Positions 7,094-17,099 of a stretch of 64,000 bases of DNA are shown here, in pieces. Position 1 is the first letter of the stretch, and every line of letters begins with the position of its first letter. The position numbers and the translations under genes are program-made. The notes under the pieces were generated by a model that worked only from the letters and a program-made list of their open reading frames with translations, did not search any database and was not told where the DNA came from. The stretch spans positions 577 through 64,576 of the forward strand of contig JBBKWR010000119.1 of the NCBI GenBank assembly GCA_037969055.1, read 5' to 3'. The stretch is from Flavobacteriaceae bacterium (GTDB lineage: Bacteria; Bacteroidota; Bacteroidia; Flavobacteriales; Flavobacteriaceae).

Positions 7094-8812
7094 TTATTTA
7101 TTCTTAAGAAATCCAAATGGTTTTTTTATCAAGTTATAATCAAACGTTTCCACATCCGAATACTTACTAAACTCTGTTTTCATCCTATGATATATCTTTA
7201 ATGGTTGTTTTCCGAAGTCTTTCAAAAAGTACTCCTTTTTGGAGCCTAAATCCAATGCACCATAATATCTTGACCCTATCATAAATTCCATTGGGGGTAT
7301 GGGTATATAGAACTCTATTTTTATTTTTAGAGGTACTGCGTGGTAGTCAATTGTTATTCTTTTGATGTACTTTGCCACCATTGCTGATTTTTCCTCAAAA
7401 GGTAAGTTTTCAATTATGGTTTTTTTATTTTCCGCAAGCACCCTATTTTTTACTATTTTTTGCATGCTAGCATCAAAGTACTCCTTTATGAAAGGGTCTG
7501 ATAAATCTACCCATTGCTCGAACAGATTGAATTTAAAGTCATTTTCTAACTCTACTAGTACCCTATTGCCATTTACAAGCTTTTCTAGTTCGACAGCTAT
7601 TTCCCGAAGTGTTTCATCGGTTTTATAAGCTTGGTCATCTATCCTTTTTTTCTCAGCTCTATACGTTCCTATATAACCCCCCTCCTTAACAAATAGCTGA
7701 TGGTTTCTTTTTGTTTCTATCTTTAGCTGTTCATGCTTCTTTAAGTGGTACTCCTGTTTTTTCTCCAGTACTTTCTTTTGCCCTGTATTTCCCCCCGCCT
7801 GATAGGTTTGCTTTGCTTGCTCGTACAGTTCTTGACCAAGGAGTATTTTCTCAAAAATAAGCTTATCTATTGCCCAAGCCCTAACGGCTTTACTTCCGCA
7901 TTTTGGTATACCTCTATTTACTTCGCTCAAGCACCTGTAGTAAGAATGTCTATGCCTTTGTGAAACGGTATACCGTGTACCACATTTAGCACAAAACATA
8001 ACCTCATTTAAAATATACTTTTTTGATTTGCTCCCAGGTTTTTTGTACCTCTTCCCGATGCTTTCAATTACCTTATCGTGTGTATGCTTATCGATTATGG
8101 GGGGGACTACTTCTAATTCTAATTCATTGTGCTTTACCCTTCCTGAATAGGTTTTATTATATATCATATACCTAATGGTTGCAGGAGTCCATTCGATATC
8201 GTACCGTGTTTCAATACCCATTTCGTTGAGATGTTTAGCAATCCTTATATATCCGTATCCTTTTTGGTACAAATCAAAGATGGTTTTAACTGTCTCTAAT
8301 TCCCCAGGATGTATTTTCCATTTGCCTTTATCGTCCGTGGTGTAACCATAGGGGGTTAAGCCATGGGGAATTCCCTCCATTGCATTACGTCTTAGTACTG
8401 TTTGTATCTTCTTAGCTGTTATACGGGCAAAATGTGCGTCCATCCCCGCTTTTATCGTGTAGAATAGGTACGTGTTTTCATCGCTGAAATCATTTTCTAC
8501 ACCGTTATCGTACAGTAAAGTACCTGTTTCCCGTAAAAGGTCGGCAAATGTATGCCATGATATTTCATTTCGTGCCAGTCGGGAACTATCCCATATAAAC
8601 ACCCCTTTAATTTCCTTTTTCCTAATATCAATTAGCAATTCGGCAAATTTGGGTCGTTGTTCCTCGGACTTTTGACCGCTGATTATTCCCTCATCGTAAA
8701 ATTTATATGACATTTCTTTGTCGAGGGCGAACTCCTGACCTAGCAACCGTTGCTCTTTTAGACTCTTCTCCTTTGCCCTGTCCCTGCTCTTTCGGATGTA
8801 TATTGCTAACAT
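7094..8812 (-). CDS. Large serine recombinase (integrase)
   Basis: YIRKS catalytic motif, DSSRLARN, PYGY recombinase domain, Zn ribbon (CAKCG...YYRC...C), coiled coil. Confidence 0.93.
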   Translation of the reverse strand: MLAIYIRKSRDRAKEKSLKEQRLLGQEFALDKEMSYKFYDEGIISGQKSEEQRPKFAELLIDIRKKEIKGVFIWDSSRLARNEISWHTFADLLRETGTLLYDNGVENDFSDENTYLFYTIKAGMDAHFARITAKKIQTVLRRNAMEGIPHGLTPYGYTTDDKGKWKIHPGELETVKTIFDLYQKGYGYIRIAKHLNEMGIETRYDIEWTPATIRYMIYNKTYSGRVKHNELELEVVPPIIDKHTHDKVIESIGKRYKKPGSKSKKYILNEVMFCAKCGTRYTVSQRHRHSYYRCLSEVNRGIPKCGSKAVRAWAIDKLIFEKILLGQELYEQAKQTYQAGGNTGQKKVLEKKQEYHLKKHEQLKIETKRNHQLFVKEGGYIGTYRAEKKRIDDQAYKTDETLREIAVELEKLVNGNRVLVELENDFKFNLFEQWVDLSDPFIKEYFDASMQKIVKNRVLAENKKTIIENLPFEEKSAMVAKYIKRITIDYHAVPLKIKIEFYIPIPPMEFMIGSRYYGALDLGSKKEYFLKDFGKQPLKIYHRMKTEFSKYSDVETFDYNLIKKPFGFLKNK

Positions 8813-8831
8813 AGATTAAGTATTGAAAAAA

Positions 8832-8839
8832 CAAAGTTA
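8832..8839 (-). promoter_or_regulatory. Bacteroidota -7 element (TAACTTTG) for the integrase
   Basis: Matches TAnnTTTG, about 20 nt upstream of the ATG. Confidence 0.6.
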
Positions 8840-8850
8840 CATAATTCATG

Positions 8851-9417
8851 TTAGCCACTCCAATGGTTCCATTGCGGTCTACCATCCAACATTTTGTTCA
8901 TCGGTAGCCCATTGATCAATACTTCTCCATAACGCCCATCATAGCCCCGTACCCGAAAAAAAGCCTGTCCAAAATCGAATGCTGCGCGTTTTAAAAACAC
9001 ATCCCTCGTGGCCTGGAGCAAACCTGTATGCACCGAAGCGCCAACGACTTCGTCTAATTCTGAATCGGTCAGGGTAATCAGGTTATCATGCTGCTCCAGA
9101 ACAATATCCTTTTCAAGAAGGATCAACCCCAAAAGTAAGGTGTCATTTTCAAAACGTACCGGCATCCGTTTGGCAAGGTACTCGGGCGCGGAAATGTTTA
9201 AAATAAAGGCGCCCCAACTATCGGCATCAAGTATGAAAGTCCCATCTGCGTTTGGTTCTACAGTAAGGGTGGTTTCTTCCACTGCAACGATACCGTTTGC
9301 CACAGCTTTTTTTGTGCGTGCATCCACTATGGTTCCTTGCACCACCGAATAACTTTGACCTAGCAGGGATGAAAGTAAAAAGAAGAAAAAATATGTAAAA
9401 TATAGAAAACGCATTTT
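8851..9417 (-). pseudogene. 5' fragment of a TonB-dependent receptor (carboxypeptidase-regulatory-like domain plus start of plug), interrupted by the element
   Basis: Signal peptide, VQGTIVDA, FFRVRGYD...VLING..MNK..DGRPQW; stops at the element boundary with no beta-barrel. Confidence 0.8.
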
Positions 9418-9540
9418 ATCAAATGGTGTTGGTAACGAATTTTTCAAATTTAAATGGGCAACCTGCACAACACTTGCAGCAATGAAAATTAAATTGCGGC
9501 ATTTTCCATCGTGGGGACCAATTCAACGATTTTAGACGTG

Positions 9541-10608
9541 ATGAACACCAAAAATATTTTGCCAATCCTATTATTTGCATCCTGTTCGGCGCCAAGCCAA
9601 ACCCAGTACCATATACGCACAGTGGCCTTCTACAATGTTGAAAACCTCTTCGACACCTACAATGATCCATTGATCTTTGATGATGATCGTACCCCAGATG
9701 GAAAAGACCAATGGACCGAATCGCGTTATCGTCGCAAAGTGGAGCATCTCTCAAAAGTGCTATCAGAAATTGGGATGGAAGAAACGGGTAGCTCTCCCGA
9801 CCTCATTGGACTTTGTGAAGTGGAAAATCAACATGTTTTGGAAGACTTGATCGGACATCCCAATCTTAGCGACAAAAATTATGGCATTGTACATTTCGAT
9901 TCTCCCGACGAGCGGGGCATCGATGTTGCGCTTCTCTATAAAAAGGGCGCCTTTCTCCCTATTTCGTTTTCCAGTATTAGATTATTGCTGATAGATATAT
10001 CGGGGGAGCGAAACTACACCCGTGACCAATTGGTGGTTGGGGGCCTATTGGATGGGGAGCCCATTCATATTCTTGTCAACCATTGGCCCTCTAGAAGTGG
10101 AGGGGAAGTGGCGAGCAAACCTGGACGCCTTGCGGCTGCCGGATTGAACAAACATATTATCGATTCGCTACGGCGGATAGATTTAAATGCCAAAATAATA
10201 ACTATGGGAGACCTAAATGATGATCCTATCGATGATACTATAAAAAAAGTGCTGCAGACTACCGGGAATAAAGATGATCTTATAGCGGGTGGGCTATTCA
10301 ATCCGATGGACGCGCTGTTTAGATTGGGAATTGGGTCATTGGCGTACCGTGATAAATGGAACCTCTTCGACCAGATTATTTTAACTGAAAATTGGATAAA
10401 CAATCCGGCGAAGGGATATGGTTTTTGGAAGGCGGGCGTTTATAACAAATCCTATTTGGTCACCGAATTGGGACAGTACAGGGGGTATCCGTTCAGAACC
10501 TATGCCGGGGGCAATTATACCGGTGGTTACAGCGACCATTTTCCAGTATTCGTGTACTTGATCAAAGAAGGCACCATTCAATCTCCTTCCCAAAAAGAGC
10601 GGAACTAA
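9541..10608 (+). CDS. Endonuclease/exonuclease/phosphatase family lipoprotein
   Basis: LFASC lipobox, FYNVENLFD, RGIDVALLY, NHWPSR, GDLND, SDHFPV; start placed at the ATG. Confidence 0.9.
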   Translation: MNTKNILPILLFASCSAPSQTQYHIRTVAFYNVENLFDTYNDPLIFDDDRTPDGKDQWTESRYRRKVEHLSKVLSEIGMEETGSSPDLIGLCEVENQHVLEDLIGHPNLSDKNYGIVHFDSPDERGIDVALLYKKGAFLPISFSSIRLLLIDISGERNYTRDQLVVGGLLDGEPIHILVNHWPSRSGGEVASKPGRLAAAGLNKHIIDSLRRIDLNAKIITMGDLNDDPIDDTIKKVLQTTGNKDDLIAGGLFNPMDALFRLGIGSLAYRDKWNLFDQIILTENWINNPAKGYGFWKAGVYNKSYLVTELGQYRGYPFRTYAGGNYTGGYSDHFPVFVYLIKEGTIQSPSQKERN

Positions 10609-10618
10609 ACAAATTGAA

Positions 10619-11215
10619 TCAAAGTTCAGTAATTAAAATATTTCGCCACCTCACCTTGATACCGCCCCCATCATGGATCTGCAACGCGATAGAACCTACC
10701 CCGGCCCCAATCTTGTCGTCGGATATGGTGACCATTTCAGTGCCGTTCAACCAAGAGGTTAAAGTGTCTCCGTCTAATCGGATTTTCATTTGGTTCCAAT
10801 CGCCCTCTTTGAGAACGCTGTCTTTCGAAGGATCTGGTTTTATGAGCCATCCCCTACCATACGATTCATAAACACCGCCCGTATCATGTCCTTTGGGGGC
10901 GACCTCCACTTGCCAGCCGCTTACCTTGGTACCGTCGACGGTAGATCGTACAAACACCCCACTGTTGCCATCAGCTTCTTGTTTGAATTCAAGGGTTAAT
11001 TCAAAATTTTTGTAATGATCATCGGTTGCCAAATAGCCATACTGTTTGTCCTTTCCGCTTTCGCAAATCAGGTTCCCTTCTTCAACATACCATTGTTCAG
11101 TTCCATAAATGGTCCAACCGGTCAGGTCATTCCCGTTAAAAAGCGATTTTTCCTGTGCGACGATGCCCGTTATGGAATAAAGGAGCGTGACCAGCAATAC
11201 ATAAATATTTTTCAT
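10619..11215 (-). CDS. DUF1080 (3-keto-disaccharide hydrolase-like) protein
   Basis: LFNGNDLTGW, GNSGVFVR, IALQIH. Confidence 0.9.
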   Translation of the reverse strand: MKNIYVLLVTLLYSITGIVAQEKSLFNGNDLTGWTIYGTEQWYVEEGNLICESGKDKQYGYLATDDHYKNFELTLEFKQEADGNSGVFVRSTVDGTKVSGWQVEVAPKGHDTGGVYESYGRGWLIKPDPSKDSVLKEGDWNQMKIRLDGDTLTSWLNGTEMVTISDDKIGAGVGSIALQIHDGGGIKVRWRNILITEL

Positions 11216-11297
11216 CTTTTAATCTGTTTTATTATGTCTTTTCAATAGTTATTCTTCGGGCATGCGTTGTACAAATTGCTAAGAACATCATTTGACC

Positions 11298-11756
11298 TTA
11301 AGTCATCCATTGCGACCATGGGACACGGCTAAGTATTAACAACAAGCCCAACCCGTAAAAAATGGCGATGTTTTTGAATTTTTTGTTGCCTTCCATAAAT
11401 TTTTTGTGACGCGACCAGCCAACGGTAATAAAGATGACCGCAATAATATTGATGAACGGATGCTCTACGGCCAACAAGCGCGATGGTGCATTTAGTCCTC
11501 CCATCCCCAAAGTCTGTACCGCTTTGAACCCATTCGCCGATATGAAGTACAGCAAGAGTCCTACCAACAACTGGCAATGTGATAAAATCAAAGCAAATAA
11601 GCTGAGCCTATAATCTTTCTGGAGATTGAACATCTTTTTGCCGACAAGGCCCATTATGGCGTTGGCGACAGCCAAGAAGAGTATGGCCAAAACCACATAG
11701 GCCAAATAGGAATGTAATTGCAATATCCAGGAGTGTGCCAATCCGTTTTCATGCAT
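11298..11756 (-). CDS. Conserved four-TM membrane protein
   Basis: LHSYLAY, EHPFIN, SRVPW. Confidence 0.75.
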   Translation of the reverse strand: MHENGLAHSWILQLHSYLAYVVLAILFLAVANAIMGLVGKKMFNLQKDYRLSLFALILSHCQLLVGLLLYFISANGFKAVQTLGMGGLNAPSRLLAVEHPFINIIAVIFITVGWSRHKKFMEGNKKFKNIAIFYGLGLLLILSRVPWSQWMT

Positions 11757-12013
11757 AACTTAAAATTTAGTTTGCCTAAATGTAATGAATTTTGGGTATA
11801 AATAACCCCGCTATTACAGGTAGACCGTTATGATTAGGATTATTTCGGCCGCCAGCATTCCGAATGCACGAACATTGCCAATTTTGCCATTGTTCTCAAA
11901 CTTGTACCAACTGAAGGTGGGGGATCAGCTTCTTTTACGATTCCTTCATTCAATGGGTTCCAAACCTAGATTATGGTTTGTCTCACTTGCATAAGTGCCG
12001 CAGATATGGGATG

Positions 12014-13651
12014 TCAGCTCTTATAGGATTGCAAGAGTTGTAAGGTAGAGCTATCGTGATTGCCGATTTCCGGTTCCTGGATATCCTTGAGGGTTTTGCC
12101 GGCTAACTGTTTGCCCAATTCTACCCCCCATTGGTCATAACTAAAGATATTCCAAACAACCCCTTCCACGAAAATTTTATGCTCATAAAGCGCGATGAGC
12201 GCTCCAAGACTTTTTGGCGAAAGTTTATCGATGAGGATAGTATTCGTAGGTTTATTACCTTCGAAAACCTTAAAAGGGACTAACTTTTTAACCGCATCGG
12301 CGGAAAGCGACGTTGCCTCCAATTCTTTTCGGACCTCTTCCGCTGTTTTTCCATTCATTAGTGCTTCGGTCTGGGCGAAAAAATTGGCCATAAGTTTATT
12401 ATGGTGGTCGGCATTACCATACAGTGATTTTTTATATCCGATAAAATCGGCAGGGATCAATTTGGTGCCCTGATGGATGAGCTGAAAGAAGGCATGCTGC
12501 GAATTGGTGCCCGGTTCTCCCCAAATGATGGTCCCCGTTTGATACCCGACCCGATTCCCATTCCGGTCAACACTTTTTCCATTGCTTTCCATAATTCCCT
12601 GTTGTAAATATGCGGAAAAGCGGCTTAAATATTGTGTATAGGGTATTATCGCTACGGTCTCGGCCCCATAAAAATTGTTGTACCATATGCCCAAAAGGGC
12701 TAATACCACCGGAATGTTCTGATCAAACTCGGAAGATTTGAAATGCGCATCCATGTCATGTGCCCCGGACAACAGCGCATCAAAATGCTCGTAACCCACG
12801 GCAAGGGCAATCGAAAGCCCTACAGCGCTCCAAAGCGAAAAACGGCCGCCCACCCAGTCCCACATTGGGAAAACATTTTCGGGTGTGATACCAAATTCTG
12901 CGATTTTTTCGGTGTTGGTCGAAACCGCTGCAAAATGTTTGGCTATATCTTTTTGGGTAGCGTTTTTCAAAAACCAATTCTTGATGGTGGTGGCATTGCT
13001 CAGGGTCTCCTGGGTGGTAAAGGTTTTAGATACTATCACAAAAAGTGTGGTCTCTGGATCTAGCGTTTTTAGAACCTCTTGCACGTGATCTCCATCGACA
13101 TTGCTTACAAAATGCAGTCGCAAATGGTTCTTATAAAATTTCAAGGCTTCCACGACCATTGCCGGGCCCAAATCGGAGCCCCCAATGCCGATATTCACCA
13201 CATCGGTAAATTTTTTCCCCGTATGGCCCTTCCTTTCTCCTGAAATAATAGATGCTGTAAATGTCCGGATCTGTTCTTTGACCAGATAAACTTCAGGAAC
13301 GATATTGGTTCCCTCAATAGCAATGGCGTCGCCCGACTTCGCCCTTAGGGCAGTGTGCAAAACAGCCCGGCCCTCTGTTTGGTTGATGGTATCACCGTTA
13401 AAATATTTTTCTATGGCATTTTTGAGATTTGCATGCTCCGTCAACTGTAGCAACAGTTTCATGGTCTCATCAGTAATCCTGTTTTTGGAGTAATCAACCA
13501 AAAAATCATGCCACCTTATACTAAACTTCTTGGCCCGTTGTGCATCTTGGGCAAAAAGTGATTTTAAGTGGATGCCTTTGGTTTCCTTATAATGTAGTTG
13601 CAATTTTTTCCAAGTATCAGTGCTAATTGGGTCGGTGTTCTCTAGCGACAT
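12014..13651 (-). CDS. pgi: Glucose-6-phosphate isomerase
   Basis: [38 protein letters not shown]. Confidence 0.98.
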   Translation of the reverse strand: MSLENTDPISTDTWKKLQLHYKETKGIHLKSLFAQDAQRAKKFSIRWHDFLVDYSKNRITDETMKLLLQLTEHANLKNAIEKYFNGDTINQTEGRAVLHTALRAKSGDAIAIEGTNIVPEVYLVKEQIRTFTASIISGERKGHTGKKFTDVVNIGIGGSDLGPAMVVEALKFYKNHLRLHFVSNVDGDHVQEVLKTLDPETTLFVIVSKTFTTQETLSNATTIKNWFLKNATQKDIAKHFAAVSTNTEKIAEFGITPENVFPMWDWVGGRFSLWSAVGLSIALAVGYEHFDALLSGAHDMDAHFKSSEFDQNIPVVLALLGIWYNNFYGAETVAIIPYTQYLSRFSAYLQQGIMESNGKSVDRNGNRVGYQTGTIIWGEPGTNSQHAFFQLIHQGTKLIPADFIGYKKSLYGNADHHNKLMANFFAQTEALMNGKTAEEVRKELEATSLSADAVKKLVPFKVFEGNKPTNTILIDKLSPKSLGALIALYEHKIFVEGVVWNIFSYDQWGVELGKQLAGKTLKDIQEPEIGNHDSSTLQLLQSYKS

Positions 13652-13652
13652 T

Positions 13653-14936
13653 TCAATGATTGAGGGTTAGCAATTCAAGATGTTCCTCTTTTAGACTTGT
13701 GGTATATTCCATACAGTCCAACTGATATTTTATAGGGTCGATGTAGGTAAAATACTTAGGTTGTAAAGTTCCGTCCAGCGGTTTCGCCAATGGAAGTTCT
13801 TCGCGAAGCGGATCGACCTGTGTTCCATTCCTCCAAAAACGATAACACACATGTGGCCCACTGGTGTTTCCAGTCATGCCAATCCATCCAATAACATCAC
13901 CCTGTCGCACGAATTGGCCCCTTTTCACATTTTGGTTCTTCATATGAAGGTATTGTGTGGAATAGGTGCTGTTGTGCCTAATCTTGACGTATTTCCCGTT
14001 TCCGCCCTTGCGCGTAGATTCTGTAACCGTGCCATCGGCGGTCGCCAAGATCGGGGTTCCAACGCCCGCTGCATAGTCAGTTCCTTTGTGGGCCCGTACC
14101 CGGTTACCGTAATAACGTATTCTTCTTTTTAGGTTGTACCTGGAGGAAATTCTGCTAAATTGGACCGGTGCCCTTAAAAAAGTTCTTCTCAGATTATTGG
14201 CATCCTCGTCAAAGTAGTCAACAATACTCTTTAAAGAATCGTTTTCATAGGCGAAGGCATAAATCGGCCTGCCATTGTGTTCAAAGTAAGCCGCTTCAAT
14301 GGGGCCTGCACCGGCATAGATGCTATCATTTATATACTTTTCTTTGTAGATGACCTTGAACTTGTCCCCTTCCTGAAGCCGGAAAAAATCGATGGTCCAT
14401 GCGTAAATTTCGGATAGATTGTTCGTGACATTATAGTCTATTCCTTGATCCAGAATTGCTTCCGACAACGAGGTTTTTATGATTCCAGAGGCTTCCCTTT
14501 CGACATATTTAACCTTTCTTTTGTTTTTATAGGCCGTCACGCTATCCCGTAGATCGATCACGGTATAGTTGATGGCATCATTCTCATAAATAAATATTTG
14601 GGCAGTTTCGGAGGTATCTTTGGAGGAAAGTATCATGTAAGGATTCCCTACCCGTATTCTACGAACATCGAAGGTATCTTTAAAATCTTGTGAAATTTTG
14701 AAAATTTTTGGATAGTCAACTTTGTTCTCCAACATCAGTTCTCCAAAACTATCCCCGTTTTTTACGGTATCGATCTTTACCTTAAATTGGTCTAGGTTAA
14801 ATCCGAATTGCTTGGTGATCACTTTTTCAACTTTCTCTTTTTGAAAAGTAATCTCTTTTGCGGTTGCCATTGGTTTGTCTTCCTTACAGGAAAACAAAAC
14901 AGCCATTACAATAAAAATGCCCCAATATTTATTCAT
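13653..14936 (-). CDS. M23 peptidoglycan DD-metalloendopeptidase
   Basis: HKGTD, YLH, GPHVCY. Confidence 0.92.
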   Translation of the reverse strand: MNKYWGIFIVMAVLFSCKEDKPMATAKEITFQKEKVEKVITKQFGFNLDQFKVKIDTVKNGDSFGELMLENKVDYPKIFKISQDFKDTFDVRRIRVGNPYMILSSKDTSETAQIFIYENDAINYTVIDLRDSVTAYKNKRKVKYVEREASGIIKTSLSEAILDQGIDYNVTNNLSEIYAWTIDFFRLQEGDKFKVIYKEKYINDSIYAGAGPIEAAYFEHNGRPIYAFAYENDSLKSIVDYFDEDANNLRRTFLRAPVQFSRISSRYNLKRRIRYYGNRVRAHKGTDYAAGVGTPILATADGTVTESTRKGGNGKYVKIRHNSTYSTQYLHMKNQNVKRGQFVRQGDVIGWIGMTGNTSGPHVCYRFWRNGTQVDPLREELPLAKPLDGTLQPKYFTYIDPIKYQLDCMEYTTSLKEEHLELLTLNH

Positions 14937-14938
14937 GC

Positions 14939-15907
14939 CTATTGAACTATTTTTTCTGGGTTAAAGATATGGTCTACCCATTGTTTACCCCAATTATTTA
15001 ACTCTTGTTTTGAATATAAATTTGGAAAGAAAACCACTTTTTGAAAACTCGGTGGTAGGTATTCTTTCCAATTGGTGCCTCCAGTGGCATTGATTTCATC
15101 CTTGTCTTTACCCAAATAGCGATGGGCGGAACCCATGTGCATCAATGGCCAATTAACGTTAGCATTCAGATCTAGAGTCTTTAACGCTTCAATAAGGAGT
15201 TTATTATCTTGTTTTTCTGCTGGTAGTTGTAAGAATTTATGATAGATTGTACTATTGTTTACTTGCTTGGCAATGCGGATCAATCGCGGGGTATATCGAT
15301 ATTCGAATTGTTTTAGGGTCAGGGTCTTTTCGCCCGTACTGATATCGGTGGCCCCTTTTTTCCAATAGATATGTTCGTATAATTCCTCAATGGTATTTTC
15401 TTTGGAAAAACGGTCCCGATCGCTATAATGTACTAAATTTTCCAATGGGGTGGCGTAGAGCTCAATCATTCTGTACTGTGCGGATTGAAATCCACTTGCT
15501 GGTAACAGGGCCATTCTATAATGCAGGAACTGTTCCCGCTCCATCCCTTTTATCATGATACTGAATGAAGAAATGAGTGCTTGGTAATAGCTGTTGATCC
15601 TCCGGGCCTTTTCAACCATAAAGTCTACATTTTGGGAACGATCGTCTACAATCTGCTTCTGTTCGTGCAAAATCAACTTAAAATACAGTTCGGTGATCTG
15701 ATGGTACATGATGAAGATTTCCTCATCGGGAAAATAGGTCCTAGGAACCTGAATGCTCAAGAGGGTGTCTAAATGAATATAGTCCCAATAGGTAAGGTAG
15801 CGTTGATAGAGGAGGCCATCCAAATAAGAACTTAGGTCTTGGCCCGAATCCTTATATTTTTCCTCAAGTTTTGAAATCTGGGATTCGATATGCTCCTTAT
15901 TATCCAT
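14939..15907 (-). CDS. kynA: Tryptophan 2,3-dioxygenase family protein
   Basis: FIMYHQITEL, PASGFQSAQYR, ATGGT. Confidence 0.88.
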   Translation of the reverse strand: MDNKEHIESQISKLEEKYKDSGQDLSSYLDGLLYQRYLTYWDYIHLDTLLSIQVPRTYFPDEEIFIMYHQITELYFKLILHEQKQIVDDRSQNVDFMVEKARRINSYYQALISSFSIMIKGMEREQFLHYRMALLPASGFQSAQYRMIELYATPLENLVHYSDRDRFSKENTIEELYEHIYWKKGATDISTGEKTLTLKQFEYRYTPRLIRIAKQVNNSTIYHKFLQLPAEKQDNKLLIEALKTLDLNANVNWPLMHMGSAHRYLGKDKDEINATGGTNWKEYLPPSFQKVVFFPNLYSKQELNNWGKQWVDHIFNPEKIVQ

Positions 15908-15914
15908 CGAGGTA

Positions 15915-16706
15915 TTAATCCATTATAATTTTAAACTGATGTTTTAGTCCGTTGTAGGCTTCCAAATCAGCTTTGATAGCGCCAACCGCAAGATCCGCCT
16001 TTATCCTGATTGGAATCCTGTTGTCGTCTGTTGATACCCAAAGCGAAAGACTTTCCTGCTCTTTAAAAATCCTTCCGGATTGTACCAATGGTCTAAATTT
16101 ATAACATTCTATCTTACCGAATTTGGTTTTTAGTACCTCTAAGCCCAAATATTTCAATTTAAAGTCAAATATCCCATCATCGTCGTAGAGCATTTTCAAA
16201 TTTACCGCTTCCCCCACTACCAAATCATCTGGATTGTAGTTGTTGCGGAGATAGTAGAAGGCGGAAATAAGGTCCTGGATGCTATCCTGAAGTTTAAAAC
16301 TTTGCTTCTTCTTGTTCTTTTTATCATGTAAGACCGCTTGTTCGCTTTTATGGTCAAAGTTGATCTCGATATCTTTGGTATAACCGCCCTCGTCTATTTT
16401 GCGAATGAACCTATACGGTTTACCATCATCTTTTCCAAAATAGCTTTCGTAGGTATCATCAACCTTAAAAAAAATGCTGGCCCATCCCGTGGTCCTTCCT
16501 TTGCCAACCACATGATAAACGGGGATGTTGTTTATTTTAGCCGATTGGACATGGAGCGTCGCATAACTGGCATTTAGAAGTCCATAATGCATCCGAAACT
16601 TCAACCATTCCCCTGGTTTAAATGCGGATTCCTTGTTATGGCCACCATTTTGGGCCACCAGCAATTGTCCGGCGAGTATGAAAAGAAGTGCGCAAAATTT
16701 TCTCAT
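15915..16706 (-). CDS. DUF3108 domain protein
   Basis: GEWLKFRMHYG, LWVSTDDNRIP. Confidence 0.85.
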   Translation of the reverse strand: MRKFCALLFILAGQLLVAQNGGHNKESAFKPGEWLKFRMHYGLLNASYATLHVQSAKINNIPVYHVVGKGRTTGWASIFFKVDDTYESYFGKDDGKPYRFIRKIDEGGYTKDIEINFDHKSEQAVLHDKKNKKKQSFKLQDSIQDLISAFYYLRNNYNPDDLVVGEAVNLKMLYDDDGIFDFKLKYLGLEVLKTKFGKIECYKFRPLVQSGRIFKEQESLSLWVSTDDNRIPIRIKADLAVGAIKADLEAYNGLKHQFKIIMD

Positions 16707-16815
16707 GGATTAAAATTGGTCGTAAAATTAGTAAATCACGATCGTATTACATTTTAACGTATAGTTAATAAAACAACTATTATTCCAAAGTATTGTATAA
16801 CCTTGCCGTACCAAC

Positions 16816-16847
16816 AAAAAAAGCCCTGATGAAACATCAGGGCTTTT
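16816..16847 (-). terminator. Intrinsic terminator
   Basis: AAAAGCCCTGATG-TTT-CATCAGGGC followed by T7. Confidence 0.9.
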
Positions 16848-16918
16848 CCTAAATAACCAACCAAACTTTAAATTATGAAAAACCAATACTTAAAGTTGTA
16901 AGGGAACCACCCCTTACT
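16816..16918 (-). ncRNA. Candidate ~100-nt small RNA
   Basis: TAAATTTG promoter (16923-16930), 5' hairpin GTAAGGG/CCCTTAC, second stem AACTTTAA/TTAAAGTT, terminator; no ORF. Confidence 0.65.
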
Positions 16919-17099
16919 GGCACAAATTTAATACATGATTTTAAGCTTGTAAACCTTTTAACTTACTTTAACTATTCTCTTAACAGTTATTTATAATAGA
17001 TTGCCAGAATTGGGAAACCATTAAGAATCTTTAGGGGCATTTTCACCCATTAAAGCCAATTTCATAGGTTCAACGCCTTTTTTTACAGTCATGTCATAA

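Larger units (their letters stand above)
1..8862. mobile_element. Right end of a serine-integrase integrative element/genomic island (left end outside the window)
   Basis: Large serine recombinase abuts a truncated host gene; AT-rich cargo, cassette array and two IS; junction placed at about 8855-8862 from where the host reading frame breaks. Confidence 0.75.
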
